DNA of 64,000 nucleotides, from positions 73,904,001 to 73,968,000 of the forward strand of contig NC_091481.1 of the NCBI RefSeq assembly GCF_036971445.1. Direction: 5' to 3'. The notes below the pieces were generated by a model. That model had not been told where the DNA came from. It saw nothing but the letters and a program-made list of their open reading frames with translations, and did no database searches. A program made the translations under genes and the position numbers. Origin of the DNA: Narcine bancroftii (taxonomy: Eukaryota). Shown here piece after piece: positions 22,897 through 36,960 of the stretch. The first letter of the stretch is position 1, and every line of letters begins with the position of its first letter.

Positions 22897-25306
22897 ATGC
22901 TGGAAACATATTACGAGGTCGAGAAGATATTGTATGTTATCATTTCCGTCATTGGAGTTCCTGGTAAGTGAGTGGGACAATTTCAGTTCTGTAACTGTGC
23001 GCTTCCCGGACCTGATCGACTGATATTCATGTCACATAGCTTATTTCAACAGTTTGGAGTGGACCAAATTTCATAGGAGCAGATATAGGTTCTTCAGCTC
23101 AACGAGTCTGCCCCGCCATTCAATCATGAGCTCAGCCCCACTGCACAGCCTTCTCCCCATAACTTTTAACCTGTCTATTCAAGAACCTATCAATGTCTTC
23201 CTTACATACAAATCCAGTGACTTAACCTCCACAACTGCCTACGGCAACAAATTCCACAGATTTACTGCCCTCTGACTGAAGAAATTCCTCCGCATCTCTG
23301 TTCTAAGCGGACGCCCTTCAATTCTGAAGTTGTGCCCTCTTGTATTCAACTCCCCCTCCATGGGAAACAACTTTCTGCATCTCCTCTGTCCGCACCTTGC
23401 ACCATTCAAAATGTTTCATCCCTTCTCCTAAATTCTAATGATACAGGCCAAAACGGTCAAATGCTCCTCAGATGATCACTCTTTCATTCCTGGAATCATC
23501 CTTGTGAACCTCCTTTGAACCCTCTTGAATGTCAGCACATCCTTTCATAAATAGGGAGCCAAAACTTCTCACCATATTCCAAGTGAGGACTCACCAGTGC
23601 CTTGTAAAGCCTCAGCATCACATCGCTGCTCTTCTATTCTATTCCCCTCGGAACGAAAGCCACAACCTGGGTTATTAATCGTGAAATATCGCTGTGTTTC
23701 ATTCCTCTTCTGAACAGACAAAACATCTCCTTTTTGTAACACACAGGGGACACGTTATGTCAAGAGACACGTTGCATCCAGTTGTAACAGAGCTCGGGAC
23801 AGGCAGCATTCAGAAAAGGTGTGCGGGGAGGGTTTGATATTGTGAAGTTGGATGTTTTTGAGTATCAGAGTGAAGACTTGATCTGGATTCTGCCACAGTT
23901 GGAAACCGCTGTCTGTCTGTGAACTATTGTGATAGATCCCGAGAACCAGTGGCTGCAGATTTGCAGGCAGGCGGTCTGGTGAAATGTCAGATTCTAAGAT
24001 GCCCTTGCCTTGTCTCTGCAACCTCCCTTGCCCCATAAGATGCTGTTTAAAAAAATCTGATAAAACACGTCTGGTCAGGGTTTTACTCAGTGAAATGGGC
24101 TTTTGCTGTTCACCCCACAGAAGTGCTTGAACCCTTCTCCCTGAAGCCGACACTAGGATCCATGACCCACATGTCACATTTGTCGCCCCTCACCTACTTC
24201 AAAACTGGATTTTACGTGAAAATCCATCGGGTTTTCAAAATAGGAGAATGGGTTCAGTGATGAAGGGCTCAAGCTCAAAGCGTTGCTTAAGTATCATCTT
24301 TATTGTTAAAGTAGACTCTTTGACACCTGTGTTCCCCCCGCGTTGTGCTTTTCCTTGTGTTCAATAATGCCAAATGTGCTTGATCTCACTTTCTCCAGTG
24401 AATGTGGTGGCGATTGTGATCCTGTCCCGGGGAAAGTGCGGCCTTTCCACCTGCACCACTCGCTACCTGTTGGCCATGGCAGTGTCGGATCTACTGGTCA
24501 TTATAATTGTGGTCATTTTCTACCGATTATATTATCATTATTTTCCGGTGAATTTCCAGAATAGCACCAATGTGTGCAGAGCCATTTATGCCCTGACGTA
24601 TGTAGCTGCCAACTGTTCTGTCTGGTTTACTGTTACTTTCACCCTCGATCGTTTTGTGGCCATTTGCTGTCAGAAACTGAAGACCAAATATTGCACCGGG
24701 ACCATTGCAACTTTTGTTGTAGCGACCACTGGCGTCCTGCTCTGTCTGAAAAACATTCCCTTCTACTTTGCCTATCAGCCAAGATGGATCATCGACAATG
24801 TACCGTGGCTCTGTGTACTGACAGACAGTTATTACACTGACCCAGGGTGGGTGGCATTTGACTGGCTCGATAAGGTTTTAACTCCATTGGTTCCTTTCGC
24901 TGTAATTCTGCTGCTCAACGTTTTGACGATCCGGCACATTTTAGTGGCCAATCGTGTCCGGAAGGGGCTAAAGAATCAGAGCAAGGGGGAGAACCGCAAC
25001 GACCCGGAGATGGAGAGCAGAAGGAGGTCTGTGGTTTTACTTTTCACGCTCTCCGCCAGCTTCATCTTCCTGTGGCTGGTGTATGTGGTAGAATTCGCCT
25101 ACTATCAGATCGCATGGAGCGGAATAGATCGGAATCATTGGGAAATCATCTTTCACGAAGCTGGATATTTACTGAGTAATTTCAGCTGCTGCACGAACAC
25201 ATTTATTTATGCTGCGACTCAGTCCAAATTCAGGGGGCAGATTCAGATTGCGGTGAAATATCCAGTCAGCTCAATGCTTCAGTTCATGAAGAAAGCGGCT
25301 CTTTGA
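22897..25306 (+). CDS. GPR139/GPR142-like GPCR, copy 2 (exons 22897-22963 and 24399-25306; 324 aa)
   Basis: Same structure and splice sites as copy 1; intact ORF. Confidence 0.92.
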
Positions 25307-28240
25307 CTCGACCCAGCGGTGACCACATGACCCCATCCTGGTCTCCGCTTCCTGAAATTCACCCCAAAGTTCAGGTACTTTCCTGGGTGGGACCATCAGC
25401 TCCGGACGTTTCCACGCTCACAGATAACGCTCTCACCCTATTGCTTTCCATATCGTGGTGAGGTTTGAGCCGTCTTTGCCAAAATGACAATCATCTTCCT
25501 TCGCCGACGGCTAAAGGAACCCTTAACCCCTGACCTTTCAGGTGCCACCCTCTACCCGAGTCTCCCATGGTCAGCGAGAAGCTGTGGGGAATGATAGCGA
25601 CATCCGACTCCCGTCAGTCGGCGTCTGTGACGCTCCACTCCTGATGTTTCAATGTCGATATTGCAGAGTAAAAAGAAATCGAGTCGGCCAGCTGGGCCCT
25701 CAACCCGGATCTGATTTTCAGTCACGGCCAACACACTCAAGCTTCAAATCCCTCATGGCACATCTAAACTTCACTAACTTAACAATTGTCTGTTTTTCTC
25801 AAACAATGCTGCTTCGGCCAATTTCGCCTCCATTGTAACCAATACGATACATTCTATGAGAGGCTATTTACAGGCACCTTGATTTAAAATGTTTGCTTTG
25901 TTCAAAATTCCCCTAATTGCTGAACGATATCTTCCCTGTCTGGCAGGTCCTTGTTTAACCATATAACAATTACAGCACGGAAACAGGCCTTTTTGTCATT
26001 TCTAGTCTACACCGAACCAAGTCCTCTCCTCTAGTCCCATCGACCTGCCCAGAACTCTCTATTCCCCTCCCATCCATATACCTATCCAATTTTCCTTAAA
26101 TGACAAAATAGACCCTGCCGCCGCTACTACTCCCTGAAGCTCATTCCTCACAGCACCACTCTCTGAGAGAAGAATTTCCCTCTCATGATACTTCTAAACT
26201 TTTCCCCCCTTAACTCTTAACTCATGACGTCTTGTTTCAATCACTCCCACTCTCAATGGAAAAAGCCTATCCACAACAATTCTATCTCATAATCTTAAAT
26301 ACCTCAATCAAATCCTCTCTCAACCTTCTGTGCTCCAAGGAATAAAGACCAAATCTGTTCAATCTTTCTTTGTAATCTAGATTCTGAATCCAAGGTAACA
26401 TTTTCATAAATCTTCTCTGCACTTTCTCTACCTTGTTGATATCCTTCCTATAATTCGGTGACCAGAATTACACACAGAATTCCAAATTTGGCTTCAGCAA
26501 TCCCTTGAACAGTTTCAACATCACTTCACAATTCCTGTATTCTATGCTTTGATTTATATAGGCCAGCATACTAAAAGCCGCCTTCACCACCCTATCTACA
26601 AGAGATTCTACCTTTAGGGAACGATGAGCCATTATTCCTAGATCTTTCTGCTTCACTGCATTTCTCAATGCCCTCCCATTTACTATGTATATCCTGTGTT
26701 GATTATTCCTTACAAAATCAATCACTTCATATTTATCAGCATTAAACTCCATCTGCCATCTTTCAGCCCACTGTTCTAAGCAGCCCAAATCCCTCTGCAA
26801 TCTTTTATAACCTTCTTCATTATCTAAAATTCCACCTATTTTAGTTTCATCCACATATTTACCAATCCAATTTACCACCCCATCATCCAGATCATTCATG
26901 TAAATGACAAACATGAAGGGACCCAATAGAGATCCCTGAGGCACACCGCTTGTTACCGAAATCCAGTCTGACAAACTGTTATCCACTTGACTAGACTCTC
27001 TGGTATGTTTCCATAAGATCCCATCATTCTTCTAAAACCCACAGAGTACATATCCAAGCCTTTATCCAACGACAGTTATTGAAATAAGAGGCAATTCGGC
27101 GCCTGCCATAATTTCCATTTCGATGACCATTCCCATACTGGTATAACCGTCCTGGCTTCACCCATTAAGAGCGTGGGTCCAAATGTAATATTGAGGAACA
27201 GCACATCACGTTTCCTGGTGGACACCCAATGCTATGAATATCCTTGGTCACCTATACTTTGGTCTGATTGCACGATTCTGATCTATTTGCCTATTTATTT
27301 TCTCTCTGTCTAAAATCCCATCACAGTTTTGTTTCCCTTTACCCAGCTCTCCTCATTTGCGACCATCTGTCTACCACGCTATGGTCGTTTATCCCTTCCC
27401 AGCTTCTCACCCCAATGTGAATGCTGGTGCAACGAGCTACAATGTGTCTGCATATTGTTTTTTCCTGATCTCCTCTCCCCAGCCTCATTCTCTGGCGATC
27501 ACCAGTGTTTGTCATCCCTCCTTCATGTTAATGAATCCGTGATCGTTTTGATATGACATGTGAGTTTCCCCGCAAAAAAAAGATATATTCTTTCCAATCA
27601 CCTCGTTTGTCTTTCGCTGCTTATTCCTGATAAACCAAATACCAATGATCTCTCCAAACATTTTGTATCATGTACGTTTCCACGTTGTTAACCATGTGCT
27701 CTTCAGCTGACTGACGGAACCCCTCTTTCTCGTCAGGATGATTTGTTTTTTGCTGAGGTTTGAGCGAGTGATCTGCCACTGATCATCTGCTGTCTGTCTC
27801 TTGGATTGCTTTGTCAGCTCACTTCAGATGGTCCCATCTTCAAACCACTGGATGCCCCCTTAAATATGCCGAGGGTCTGGCTTTGAAGGGTGATGTTCAG
27901 CCTCAGGCTGATTCTGGTTTTTGTCCACATTATGGTCATTCTTACCAGGGTATCCTGAACATCACCATTAATCTTCTTCACACGAAGAATTCTGACATTG
28001 TAGGGTCAAGGATCACATTCTGCTGGAGATGTCATGGAGTAAAAACTATAACTAATAAAAAAAATACCTTCGAGGATAAAAAAAAAAAGCGGGCTGTCTT
28101 AAACAGCAGTTCCTCACAAAAATGTTTGTTGAGGAATGTTGGTCTTCATGTCATGATGATGTTAGTCCAGATATGCTCTCCAGCATCTTAAACCTTATCC
28201 ATGTAGGAAAGGTTCACTGGATTGAGTTGTGGGACATTAG

Positions 28241-28671
28241 GACATCCGCCCTACCTGATGTGTTAATGGTGTTCTGTATCAGGCAGCCATGGACTGTTTG
28301 ACCTGCTAAATTTATATGTGATCAATTTGTTGCCAGAAACTCAAAACAAAATATTGCACTGGGAGAACTGTGGCTGTGGTTCTGACATCAACAGGCATTC
28401 TGCTCTTGAATAAAACAAGTCACTCAATTTAACACCAACCATAATTATCAGCAATACACCGTGGTTCGTTAAAATTTAACCAGGTTATTTTAGTGATCCG
28501 AGGTGGGTGGATTTGATTGGTTCGATACTGTATCACTCATCCCACTGCTGCTGAATGCCCTGACACAGTGTAGTGGTCGGTCAAGGTGCTGTGGGTTGGG
28601 GTGTAGAGCGAAGGGAGAGCCAGAGATGCTGAGCTGGAGAGAGGTCTGAGGTTTTACTCTTCACCATCTCC
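28241..28671 (+). pseudogene. Degenerate GPCR pseudogene, unit 2
   Basis: Duplicate of 19421-19851. Confidence 0.88.
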
Positions 28672-31262
28672 TGTGCCTGAGGTGTGACAGAGTATATCGA
28701 CATGTTTTTGGGAGATAATTTGGGAAAAGTTTGTTAGAGTAGGCCACTACAAACACTTTAAAACAGATCTGATTTGAAATACTGGACCTCTGCTAATACT
28801 AGACATATGGGCTCCACAGCATTTGCAAGAGCGTTGGGAAGTGCCCAAGAGACTTCACTAATGGATTGTTGGTTACGAAAAGGCAACAGATGAAAGATCT
28901 TGTTGAAGCACCTTCTATCTGGGAAGGAACTTGCTGTTCTAAGAGGGTCATGTGGTTTTGCAAGCAGAGGATTAAAGTTGAGGGAAAATGTGTTGAGAAA
29001 GATAGATAATTTTCCAGAGGATAGATCTGTTGAATTGCAATTGGAGTTGGAGAAATTGAGGGTGGAAGAGGAAAGAGAGAAATGGAATTTTGAGTTGCAG
29101 AGACAACAATATGAGGCTGAAAAACAGAGGAAATAGGTACTGAGCCCCGATCTGAAGCTTTGCACATACCGTTAATCTACCTGTGCTTCGAGCAATAAAG
29201 CCCCATCATTTATATCCCCTTGCAATAACACATATCTCCCTCTTGGCAACATTGTCATCATTCTTCTCTGCACACTCAAGCCTGACGAGATCTTTATTGC
29301 AGAAAGTCAAGTTTAATGTCATCTGATTGTACAAGTACAACCTGATGGAACAGCGTTCTCCGGTCCGCAGTGCAAAATACACAAGGCACACAATGAGGCA
29401 GATCGCATGGATAGATAAAAAATGCATATGTGGGACAAGAATTCTATCTATAAAAATAAATAAAAATAAATAACTAAATATTGATTTTTACCTATGATAA
29501 TCTCAGATGGTTAGTGTGCGCAGTTCCTTTAGTCGTTCAGCATTCTCACTGCCCATGGGAAGAAGGTGTTCCTTAGCCTAGTGGTGCTGGCTTTGATACT
29601 CCTGTAGTTTTTCCTTTATATGAGCAGCTAAAATATGATGTGTGCAGGGTGGAAGGGATCCTCAGTGATTTTGTGCCCCCTCTTCATATCATCCCGGTAG
29701 ATCATGTCAGTGTGGGGGATGGGGGAACACACAAGTGATCGTTTCTGCCACTTTTAAGGTCCTGTGGATTAACCTCCATTCCATTTCTCTGCAGCAACCA
29801 TACCACACTGTGATGCAGCTGGCCAGGACACACTCAATAGAGCTCCTGTAGAAGGTTGACATAATGGTGGCCGGTAGCCTTGCCTGCTTCAGAATTCTCA
29901 GAAAGTGCAGTCGCTGTTGCACCTCCCGATATGGTGAGTGTCCAAGTTAGGTCATTAGTTAAGTGAACTCCAAGGAACTTGGTGATCGCCACTCTGTCTA
30001 CTACAGAGTTGTTGATGTAGTGAAGGGTGGTTGATCTTGGTTCTCCTGAAATACACACTCATCTCCTTTGTCTTGTCTGCGTTGAGACTTGAACCATTTC
30101 ACGAGAGTTTCCACCTCTTCTCTGTAGTGTTACAAGATCAAACCAGCAACCACAAAGAAGGTATATCACACAGGAGTAAAGATGAACAATTACTTTCAAT
30201 TACTTTCAACCATTAATTCAAAATCCTTCCCCCCCCACTTTTTATAGCATTGCCCACTGGTTACTATGCAAATTTCTATTACAGTGTAAAACTACTAAAT
30301 TCCCCAGCCTAAATAAAATCTAAGTCATATTTCCAACCAGCCCACAGATAAAACTTAGTCACAATACAAAGACAAAACACACACAAGACTCACAAAACTT
30401 TGAACTCAACCGAAGCAAAGATCATAAACAAAATTCAGTTTGTTTGTTAAACTGAAGCCAAAAGATCTAACAGAGAGGGAGATAGAGAGAGAGAGAGAGA
30501 GCACAAAATTCAAAGTGTTGCTTGCAGAGAGAGGAACCACGGGCTTGGTCCGGATCCTCTGGCTGCCTTTGGAATGATTCATCCTTTTTGAAATCCCAAC
30601 ATTCTAAACTGTCCTGCAGACCATGACCATGTCTGGGCCTTTTTCCACTCCACAACACCACCCAGTGGTGGTTTATTGTCCAAGTCCAGAAATTTTTTTC
30701 TTTTTCAATTCCTTCAGAGTCTGTCTCCCACTCTCTCAAGCAGTCCACCTTCACCTTGGCTCTGGCCCTCTAAGCCAAACTGTCACTTTTTAACATAAAA
30801 CCACACAACACATAGGCCAATACACAACACAGAACTCTGTAACAGTGGCGCGATTTATAATTATTGCTGATGAGGCCAACGACTGCTGTGTTGTCTGCAA
30901 ACTTGATGACACTGTTGGAGCTGGATCTGGGGATTCAAATATGGGTCAGTCGCATGAAACGGAGCGGGCTGAGCACACAGCCCTCAGGTGAAAAATATCG
31001 TAACTAATGTCCACATCTCAAAGTCATTGCAATTGTCAGTCTAGGGTTTCACAATCCTTCAATTTCACTAATTAAGCTCAGCGTCACGGAGCAATTTAAT
31101 GTGGCTGATGTAATCCATTCATTATATTATTGAAATGGTCTATTTTTAACTCTATTGAAACCTCACAGTCCCTGTGGAAATCCCACATAGTATAAATACT
31201 CCAAAACAGTTCATCTAGAAAGTTTGATTCAGAGTAATTGCCCGCAGAATAAAGGGCAGAAA

Positions 31263-33694
31263 ATGCTGGAAACATATTACGAGGTCGAGAAGATATTGTA
31301 TGTTATCATTTCCGTCATTGGAGTTCCTGGTAAGTGAGAGGGACAATTTCAGTTCTGTAACTGTGCGCTTCCCGGACCTGATCGACTGATATTCATGTCA
31401 CATAGCTTATTTCAACAGTTTGGAGTGGACCAAATTTCATAGGAGCAGATATAGGTTCTTCAGCTCAACGAGTCTGCCCCGCCATTCAATCATGAGCTCA
31501 GCCCCACTGCACAGCCTTCTCCCCATAACTTTTAACCTGTCTATTCAAGAACCTATCAATGTCTTCCTTACATACAAATCCAGTGACTTAACCTCCACAA
31601 CTGCCTACGGCAACAAATTCCACAGATTTACTGCCCTCTGACTGAAGAAATTCCTCCGCATCTCTGTTCTAAGCGGACGCCCTTCAATTCTGAAGTTGTG
31701 CCCTCTTGTATTCAACTCCCCCTCCATGGGAAACAACTTTCTGCATCTCCTCTGTCCGCACCTTGCACCATTCAAAATGTTTCATCCCTTCTCCTAAATT
31801 CTAATGATACAGGCCAAAACGGTCAAATGCTCCTCAGATGATCACTCTTTCATTCCTGGAATCATCCTTGTGAACCTCCTTTGAACCCTCTTGAATGTCA
31901 GCACATCCTTTCATAAATAGGGAGCCCAAAACTTCTCACCATATTCCAAGTGAGGACTCACCAGTGCCTTGTAAAGCCTCAGCATCACATCGCTGCTCTT
32001 CTATTCTATTCCCCTCGGAACGAAAGCCACAACCTGGGTTATTAATCGTGAAATATCGCTGTGTTTCATTCCTCTTCTGAACAGACAAAACATCTCCTTT
32101 TTGTAACACACAGGGGACACGTTATGTCAAGAGACACGTTGCATCCAGTTGTAACAGAGCTCGGGACAGGCAGCATTCAGAAAAGGTGTGCGGGGAGGGT
32201 TTGATATTGTGAAGTTGGATGTTTTTGAGTATCAGAGTGAAGACTTGATCTGGATTCTGCCACAGTTGGAAACCGCTGTCTGTCTGTGAACTATTGTGAT
32301 AGATCCCGAGAACGAGTGGCTGCAGATTTGCAGGCAGGCGGTCTGGTGAAATGTGAATTAATCCATTCTGCTGTCAGATTCTAAGATGCCCTTGCCTTGT
32401 CTCTGCAACCTCCCTTGCCCCATAAGATGCTGTTTAAAGAAATCTGATAAAACACGTCTGGTCAGGGTTTTACTCAGTGAAATGGGCTTTTGCTGTTCAC
32501 CCCACAGAAGTGCTTGAACCCTTCTCCCTGAAGCCTACACTAGGATCCGTGACCCACATGTCACATTTGTCGCCCCTCACCTACTTCAAAACTGGATTTT
32601 ACGTGAAAATCCATCGGGTTTTCAAAATAGGAGAATGGGTTCAGTGATGAAGGGCTCAAGCTCAAAGCGTTGCTTAAGTATCATCTTTACTGTATAAAGT
32701 AGACTCTTTGACACCTGTGTTCCCCCCGCGTTGTGCTTTTCCTTGTGTTCAATAATGCCAAATGTGCTTGATCTCACTTTCTCCAGTGAATGTGGTGGCG
32801 ATTGTGATCCTGTCCCGGGGAAAGTGCGGCCTTTCCACCTGCACCACTCGCTACCTGTTGGCCATGGCAGTGTCGGATCTACTGGTCATTATAATTGTGG
32901 TCATTTTCTACCGATTATATTATCATTATTTTCCGATGAATTTCCAGAATAGCACCAACGTGTGCAGAGCCATTTATGCCCTGACGTATGCAGCTGGCAA
33001 CTGTTCTGTCTGGTTCACTGTTACTTTCACTCTCGATCGTTTTGTGGCCATTTGCTGTCAGAAACTGAAGACCAAATATTGCACCGGGACCATTGCAACT
33101 TTTGTTGTAGCGACCACCGGCGTCCTGCTCTGTCTGAAAAACATTCCCTTCTACTTTGCCTATCAGCCAAGATGGATCATCGACAATGTACCGTGGCTCT
33201 GTGTACTGACAGACAGTTATTACACTGACCCAGGGTGGGTGGCATTTGACTGGCTGGATAAGGTTTTAACTCCATTGGTTCCTTTCGCTGTAATTCTGCT
33301 GCTCAACGTTTTGACGATCCGGCACATTTTAGTGGCCAATCGTGTCCGGAAGGGGCTAAAGAATCAGAGCAAGGGGGAGAACCGCAACGACCCGGAGATG
33401 GAGAGCAGAAGGAGGTCTGTGGTTTTACTTTTCACGCTCTCCGCCAGCTTCATCTTCCTGTGGCTGGTGTATGTGGTAGAATTCGCCTACTATCAGATCG
33501 CATGGAGCGGAATAGATCGGAATCATTGGGAAATCATCTTTCACGAAGCTGGATATTTACTGAGTAATTTCAGCTGCTGCACGAACACATTTATTTATGC
33601 TGCGACTCAGTCCAAATTCAGGGGGCAGATTCAGATTGCGGTGAAATATCCAGTCAGCTCAATGCTTCAGTTCATGAAGAAAGCGGCTCTTTGA
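31263..33694 (+). CDS. GPR139/GPR142-like GPCR, copy 3 (exons 31263-31329 and 32787-33694; 324 aa)
   Basis: Same structure; 3 aa differences from copy 2. Confidence 0.92.
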
Positions 33695-36088
33695 CTCGAC
33701 CCAGCGGTGACCACATGACCCCATCCTGGTCTCCGCTTCCTGAAATTCACCCCAAAGTTCAGGTGTTTTCCTGGGTGGGACCATCAGCTCCGGACGTTTC
33801 CACGCTCACAGCTAACGCTCTCACCCTATTGCTTTCCATATCGTGGTGAGGTTCAAGCCGTCTTTGCCAAAATGACAATCATCTCCCTTCTCCGACGGCT
33901 AAAGGAACCCTTAACCCCTGACCTTTCAGGTGCCACCCTCTACCCGAGTCTCCCATGGTCAGCGAGAAGCTGTGGGGAATGATAGCGACATCCGACTCCC
34001 GTCAGTCGGCGTCTGTGACGCTCCACTCCTGATGTTTCAATGTCGATATTGCAGAGTAAAAAGAAATCGAGTCGGCCAGCTGGGCCCTCAACCCGGATCT
34101 GATTTTCAGTCACGGCCAACACACTCAAGCTTCAAATCCCTCATGGCACATCTAAACTTCACTAACTTAACAATTGTCTGTTTTTCTCAAACAATGCTGC
34201 TTCGGCCAATTTCGCCTCCATTGTAACCAATACGATACATTCTATGAGAGGCTATTTACAGGCACCTTGATGTAAAACGTTTGCTATGTTCAAAATTCCT
34301 CTAATTGCTGAATGATATCTTCCCTGTCTGGCAGGACCTTGTATAACCATATAACAATTACAGCACGGAATCAGGCCATTTTGTCATTTCTAGTCCGCAC
34401 GGAACCAAGTCCTCTCCTCTAGTCCCATCGACCTGCCCAGAACTCTCTATTCCCCTCCCATCCATATACCTATCCAATTTTTCTTAAATGACAAAATAGA
34501 CCCTGCCGCCACTACTGCTCCCGGAAGCTCATTCCACACAGCACCACTCTCTGAGAGAAGAATTTCCCTCTCATGATACTTCTAAACTTTTCCCCCCTTA
34601 ACTCATGACCTCTTGTTTCAATCTCTCCCACTCTCAATGGAAAAAGCCTATCCACAACAACACTATCTCATAATCTTAAATACCTCAATCAAAACCTTCT
34701 GTGCTCCAAGGAATAAAGACCAAAGCTGTTCAATCTTTCTTTGTAATCTAGATTCTGAATCCAAGGTAACATTTTCGTAAATCTTCTCTGCACTCTCTCT
34801 GAGGCACACCGCTTGTTACCGACCTCCAGTCTGACAAACAGTTATCCACTTGACTAGACTCTCTGGTATGTTTCCATAAGATCCCATTATTCTTCTAAAA
34901 CCCACAGAGTACATATCCAAGCTTTTATCCAACGACATTTATTGAAATAAGAGGCAATTCGGCGCCTGCCATAATTTCCATTTCAATGACCATTCCCATA
35001 CTGGTATAACTGTCCTGGCTTCACCCATTAACAGCGTGGGTCCAAATGTAATATTGAGGAACAGCACATCACGTTTCCTGGTGGACACCCAATGCTATGA
35101 ATATCCTTGGTCACCTATACTTTGGTCTGATTGCACGATTCTGATCTATTTGCCTATTTATTTTCTCTCTGTCTAAAATCCCATCACAGTTTTATTTCCC
35201 TCTACCCAGCTCCCCTCATTCGCAACCATCTGTCTGCCACGCTATGTCGTTTATCCCTTCCCAGCTTCTCACCCCAATATGAATGCTGGTGCAACGAGCT
35301 ACAATGCGTCTGCATATTGTTTTTTCCTGATCTCCTCTCCCCAGCCTCATTCTCTGGCGATCACCAGTGTTTGTCATCCCTCCTTCATGTTAATGAATCC
35401 GTGATCGTTTTGATATGGCATGTGAGTTTCCCCGCAAAAATAAGATAAATTCTTTCCAGTCACCTCGTTTGTCTTTCGCTGCTTATTCCTGATAAACCAA
35501 ATACCGATGATCTCTCCAAACATTTTGTATCATGTACGTTTCCATGTTGTTGACAATGTGCTCTTCAGCTGACTGACGCAACCCCTCTTTCTCATCAGGA
35601 TGATTTGTTTTTTTGCTGAGGTTTGAGCGAGTGATCTGCCACTGATCAGCTGCTTGGATTGCTTTGTCAGCTCACTTCAGATGGTCCAAGCTTCAAACCA
35701 CTGGATGTCCCCTTGAATATGCCGAGGGCCTGGCTTTGAGTGGTGATGTTCAGCCTCAGGCTGATTCTGGTTTTTGGCCACATTATGGTCATTCTTACCA
35801 GGGTATCCTGAACATCACCATTAATCTTCTTTACACGAGGAATTCTGACATTGTAGGGTCAAGGGCCACATTCTGCTGGAGATGTCATGGAGTAAAAACT
35901 ATAACTAATAAAAAAAACCTTCGAGGATAAACAAAAGTGGGCTGTCTTAAACAGCAGTTCCTCATAGTAGTATTTGTCGAGGAATGTTGGTCTTCATGTC
36001 ATGATGATGTTAGTCCAGATATCCTCTCCAGCATCTTGAACCTTATCCATGTAGGAAAGGTTCGCCGGATGGAGTCGTGGGACATTAG

Positions 36089-36519
36089 GACATCCGCCCT
36101 ACCTGATGTGTTAATGGTGTTCTGTATCAGGCAGCCATGGACTGTTTGACCTGCTAAATTTATATGTGATCAATTTGTTGCCAGAAACTCAAAACAAAAT
36201 ATTGCACTGGGAGAACTGTGGCTGTGGTTCTGACATCAACAGGCATTCTGCTCTTGAATAAAACAAGTCACTCAATTTAACACCAACCATAATTATCTGC
36301 AATACACTGTGGTTCGTTAAAATTTAACCAGGTTATTTTAGTGATCCGAGGTGGGTGGGTTTGATTGGTTCGATACTGTATCACTCATCCCACTGCTGCT
36401 GAATGCCCTGACACAGTGTAGTGGTCGGTCGAGGTGCTGAGGGTTGGGGTGTAGAGCGAAGGGAGAGCCAGAGATGCTGAGCTGGAGGGAGGTCTGAGGT
36501 TTTACTCTTCACTATCTTC
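36089..36519 (+). pseudogene. Degenerate GPCR pseudogene, unit 3
   Basis: Duplicate of 19421-19851. Confidence 0.88.
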
Positions 36520-36816
36520 TGTGCCTGAGGTGTGACAGAGTATATCAACATGTTTATGGGAGATAATTTGGGAAAAGTTTGTTAGAGTAGGCCATTATAA
36601 ACACTTTAAAACAGATCTGATTTGAAATACTGGACCTCTGCTAATACTAGACATATGGGCTCCACAGCATTTGCAAGAGCTTTGGGAAGTGCCCAAGAGA
36701 CTTCACTAATGGATTGTTGGTTACGAAAAGGCAACAGATGAAAGATCTTGTTGAAGCCACCTTCTATCTGGGAAGGAACTTGCTGTTCTAAGAGGGTCAT
36801 GTGGTTTTGCAAGCAG

Positions 36817-36960
36817 NNNNNNNNNNNNNNNNNNNNNNNNNNNNNNNNNNNNNNNNNNNNNNNNNNNNNNNNNNNNNNNNNNNNNNNNNNNNNNNNNNNN
36901 NNNNNNNNNNNNNNNNNNNNNNNNNNNNNNNNNNNNNNNNNNNNNNNNNNNNNNNNNNNN
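36817..36960. other. Assembly gap (144 N) within the unit 3/4 junction LTR
   Basis: Run of N. Confidence 0.98.

Noticed and set aside
25542-25838. Repeated small ORFs (98 aa, 73 aa, 62 aa etc.) recurring in the units
   Set aside because: Their recurrence reflects recent duplication. They have no recognisable domains, several overlap TE remnants, and some are broken in other copies.
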